Shown here: positions 60,908 to 64,000 of the stretch, in pieces
How positions within the stretch are numbered: the stretch's first letter is position 1
How the letters are laid out: each line of letters starts with the position of its first letter
Assembly (NCBI GenBank): GCA_048013815.1
Contig: CM106586.1
Coordinates: 12,648,001-12,712,000 of the forward strand
Direction of reading: 5' to 3'
Source: Setoptus koraiensis
Lineage: Eukaryota > Animalia > Arthropoda
Length of the DNA: 64,000 nt
Made by a program: the position numbers and the translations under genes
Notes under the pieces: model-generated
The model's input: the letters and a program-made list of their open reading frames with translations, nothing else
Databases searched by the model: none
Told to the model about the DNA's origin: nothing

Positions 60908-63840
60908 CGGCGTGTGGTTTCAGAAATCTATTTGGATGTGAATGTATTCGGCAGCCATCTATGTTTCGACTGTTAAGGTGAGGGCATGTGGCGATAGACA
61001 GCTCATCTAGAACTCTAAAATCAGTCGGGCAGAGGCGCTGCCAGTCAGGAAGGACAGGCGCGAGACGAGAGAAGTTTCGGACTCAATTTTGGTTCAAATT
61101 GCGCGCGCCATGTTTTAATTTTTCTAATTACTTGTCTCGTTAGTTGCGTAAGTCGTAAGTGCGATGCATGTTATCAAGTGTCTAATTTACTAATTAAACA
61201 ATTTATGAGCTGAGAAAAGGCCGTCCAAAGTCCAACTTGAACTTGTCCGCCGGACCGCTCTTTGACGGGGCAGCTCCGCTGCGTTTTGCGTTCGTCGTCG
61301 CGATAATCAGACTTGGATTATCATAGAGAGGACCCGCGAACGTACACGAGAATAGAGGCAGACAAACAAACATGAGAAACAAGAGAGTAGCGAGATTTTC
61401 AATGCCTATTCAAGGGCAAGTTGAGCCACTGTGAGCAGTATATTTGTGTAATTATTAATGGATTTTGTTTACGTGACACGGCATCATCGTTTACATTCAA
61501 TGAAATAGTGACAGTCGATAATGTCGAGCTACCCTCTGTTGAGATAGCTGTCGTGAGGGGCACAATGAAGCTCTAGAGATATGATGCAAACAAAAAGAAA
61601 AGTTATAATAATGACTGTCATAGACTGATGATGCTTCATCACTTTGGCAGTGATTTGCCGCTGAAGGCTAGGTTAGTGGGGAAAGTTTTGCTCAAAGCAT
61701 AGAAATAAAATAAAGAAAATAATTATTTGTTTGCTCAAGATGATGATGACGAGCCAAGAGAAGATTTATTTCGACAATTGAGTGCAATAAAGTTGATTGA
61801 ATCACTGTCTCCAGTTGCGTATTACACATTACACTGTATTACACACTTTACTACACACTATATTACACATATCACACATAGAGATTTGTTTCATATCTAG
61901 TGTCTTGCCAGCTAGCAATGAATGAATCAATGTTTATCATGAGTACAGTGCAAGAGATAATTACAGCTAACATTGCGACTTATTATCGTGATGTGATTAG
62001 CATCGTCGACTCGATGCTCTGTCACTTGGATTGTATGAAGTCGGCCTAGACAACTTTGCGCGGCTTTGGTGGTAGTGTTGTTGTTGTTGTCGGCGCGGCC
62101 GCATGTATAATTGTCGATTGGAATTTATCTTGGATCAATTAAGTAAATCATAACAATCATTAGCATGATGATATTATGTCGCGCATGCAATGAGTTGTGA
62201 CAATGGATGTCGCTGGCACAGTTGCAAGATCACATGTGTGTAAGTGGAAGGCCCCAGATAATGGCTTCGCTCGAGTTGCGCTTGTGTCGCATCGGCCCGA
62301 TATTTGGGAGCTCGTGATGTTTTTGAGCATCATTAATCGCATCACAATTATTCGCCCCATCGAACAGAGTGAAAAGTCTAAATTCTGCTGCACAGTTGAT
62401 CATGCAGCTGAAACAGTTAGCGCCGACATCGAGACAACTGACTAGAGAGAGAGTGGGGAGACTAGAGAGATCAGAGCGAGAGTAGAGAGATCAGAGAGAA
62501 AGAGCGAGCATAATTGAGTGCCAGCCAGGAGCGGCCAATAATGGTTGTCATTGTGTTCGCGAGGGGGTATTGTGTGTTTGAAATTCAATGGATTGACTCT
62601 AATGGATGTGAAATGAATAAAATCACTGCAGTCTGCAGCGACTATCTTTGGTGTCAGTGCTGTCAGTCACATTGTCGCCCGTCTCCGGCAACAAACTGAA
62701 ATCACTGCGCAAAGGCGATGGCCGCAACAGCGAGTTGTTGTCGTTGTCTCATTCATTCCGACGGTTTGTCGGATTTTGCACGAATATAACTCGGATATAG
62801 CCGGCTCATATTAGCTGCGACGACAAATTTAAATATAAGCTACATGCAGTGACATTTATGTGTATATCTCCGCAGTTATATGTGTATTTGTGTTGTTGTC
62901 TAGCCACCAATCATGGGCACCAACAGATGCAAACAGCGACAGTTGTCTCATGTGACGATTGAATTTATACAATACTGGTGCTAAATACTGGCGCTGCCAG
63001 CCAGTGTAGCGCGAACTTGATAATGATGCTGCCGCCGCTGATGATTATCATTATCATGGTGGTTTTCGAGTGACAGACAGCTCTGAATTGAATGAATGAA
63101 CGACACTCATACGGCGACACAGAGATACAACCATACGGCCATACAACCATACAGCGTCGGGTTCAACTCGCCCGACGTGCCGTCAGACTTTTTGACAGTT
63201 CAAGCCTTAAGCGGGCAAGAGCTGACGTTGTAATGTATGCAAGCGCCATTGTTTAAATGGTCGTTGTTTTGCAGAAATTTTCAAAGTTTCATTTGAAAGC
63301 GAGCGAGCGCTCGATTATGCGTCACAACTGGAATAGAATGGCCGGTTCGGAACGCCGCGCCGCGGCTGTCTAATCGTTCATAATGGAGCTCTATAATGGA
63401 GTCATAATGATTATCATTGCAAATTAGGCTGCATCCGCCCAACCCGGCCACTGGCTGCCACTCGCCGCTGCTCGCCGCCGCTCGGGCCGCTATTGGCCGC
63501 CGCTCGGGCTGTTGCGATCGAGCCGGCCCGCCAGAGCGAGCCAGATCGGGCCGGAGCGAGCCGACGCAAATTTTAAATTTTTGGGCGAATTGGCGAGAGT
63601 TTGCTGGCGAATCGGCGAGAGTTTGCGGACGCAATTTGCGTCCGAAACTTGGCCGGCGACTGATTGCAGCTCGTGTGACACACGATGCTCATTAGTTGGC
63701 CGATTAGCGCGCCACCGTCGGTGGTCACTGTCGGTGGTCACTATCGGGTTGCGCTCGGTCGCCGCGGCCGCCCGCGGCCGCGTCAGAAGCGCCAGCCAGG
63801 TTGGGGCCCGGCGTGCGCTCGCCGGCTCGGGTTTCAAGCT

Positions 63841-63990
63841 GCGGCGGTTGTCGGCGGTTGTTGGCGGTTGTTGGCGGTTGTTGGCGGTTGTTGGCGGTTG
63901 TTGGCGGTTGTTGGCGGTTGTTGGCGCTGTTGTCGGCGGTTGTCGGCGCTGTTGTCGGCGGTTGTTGGCGTTGTCGGTGGCGTTGTTGTG
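63841..63990. repeat. 10-bp minisatellite (TTGGCGGTTG)n
   Basis: Six exact units at 63861-63920, with degenerate units on both sides. Confidence 0.95.
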
Positions 63991-64000
63991 CGCTTTGTTT

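Noticed and set aside
63281-63837. Three overlapping ~100-aa ORFs in the GC-rich zone
   Set aside because: Arg/Ala/Pro-rich translations expected from stop-poor GC-rich DNA; no domain recognised.
63841-63990. G-rich 10-mer as a telomeric repeat
   Set aside because: Only six perfect units, with degenerate units distal to them and non-repeat sequence following; no evidence of a chromosome end.

Overview
Eukaryotic (metazoan) genomic DNA, not prokaryotic: genes carry GT-AG introns of mostly 80-170 nt, and there is one 500-N assembly gap at 18801-19300. The compact spacing, many intronless housekeeping genes, a Src42A-type kinase and a chelicerate-style Cys-rich secreted protein fit a small-genome arthropod, probably a mite (inference). 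The first ~43 kb is mostly core genes: Sec61alpha, eIF2alpha, UBL4A, NDUFV2, SNX27, an SNX5/6-like protein, CRYL1, an XK-related protein, CGRRF1, an RBM7-like protein, ALG11, RPS2, cytochrome c, ARF6, ATPSCKMT, PIG-M and Src42A. Interspersed are secreted orphans, a very divergent tetraspanin and two candidate structured RNAs. From 43.4 to 58.9 kb lies a duplication-rich island of secreted-protein genes. An outer inverted duplication (43446-46473 / 55818-57565) carries two ~99% identical copies of a secreted orphan plus a deleted NPRL2 remnant. It encloses an inverted pair of small Thr-rich secreted proteins and two tandem M13 (neprilysin-family) metallopeptidases. Most striking: both peptidases keep the zinc and catalytic motifs and ten of twelve conserved cysteines, but replace the ~250-residue distal (lid) subdomain with a ~30-residue linker, predicting an open-active-site, lidless neprilysin. 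All exon models and alignments were done by eye; no database searches or folding programs were run.
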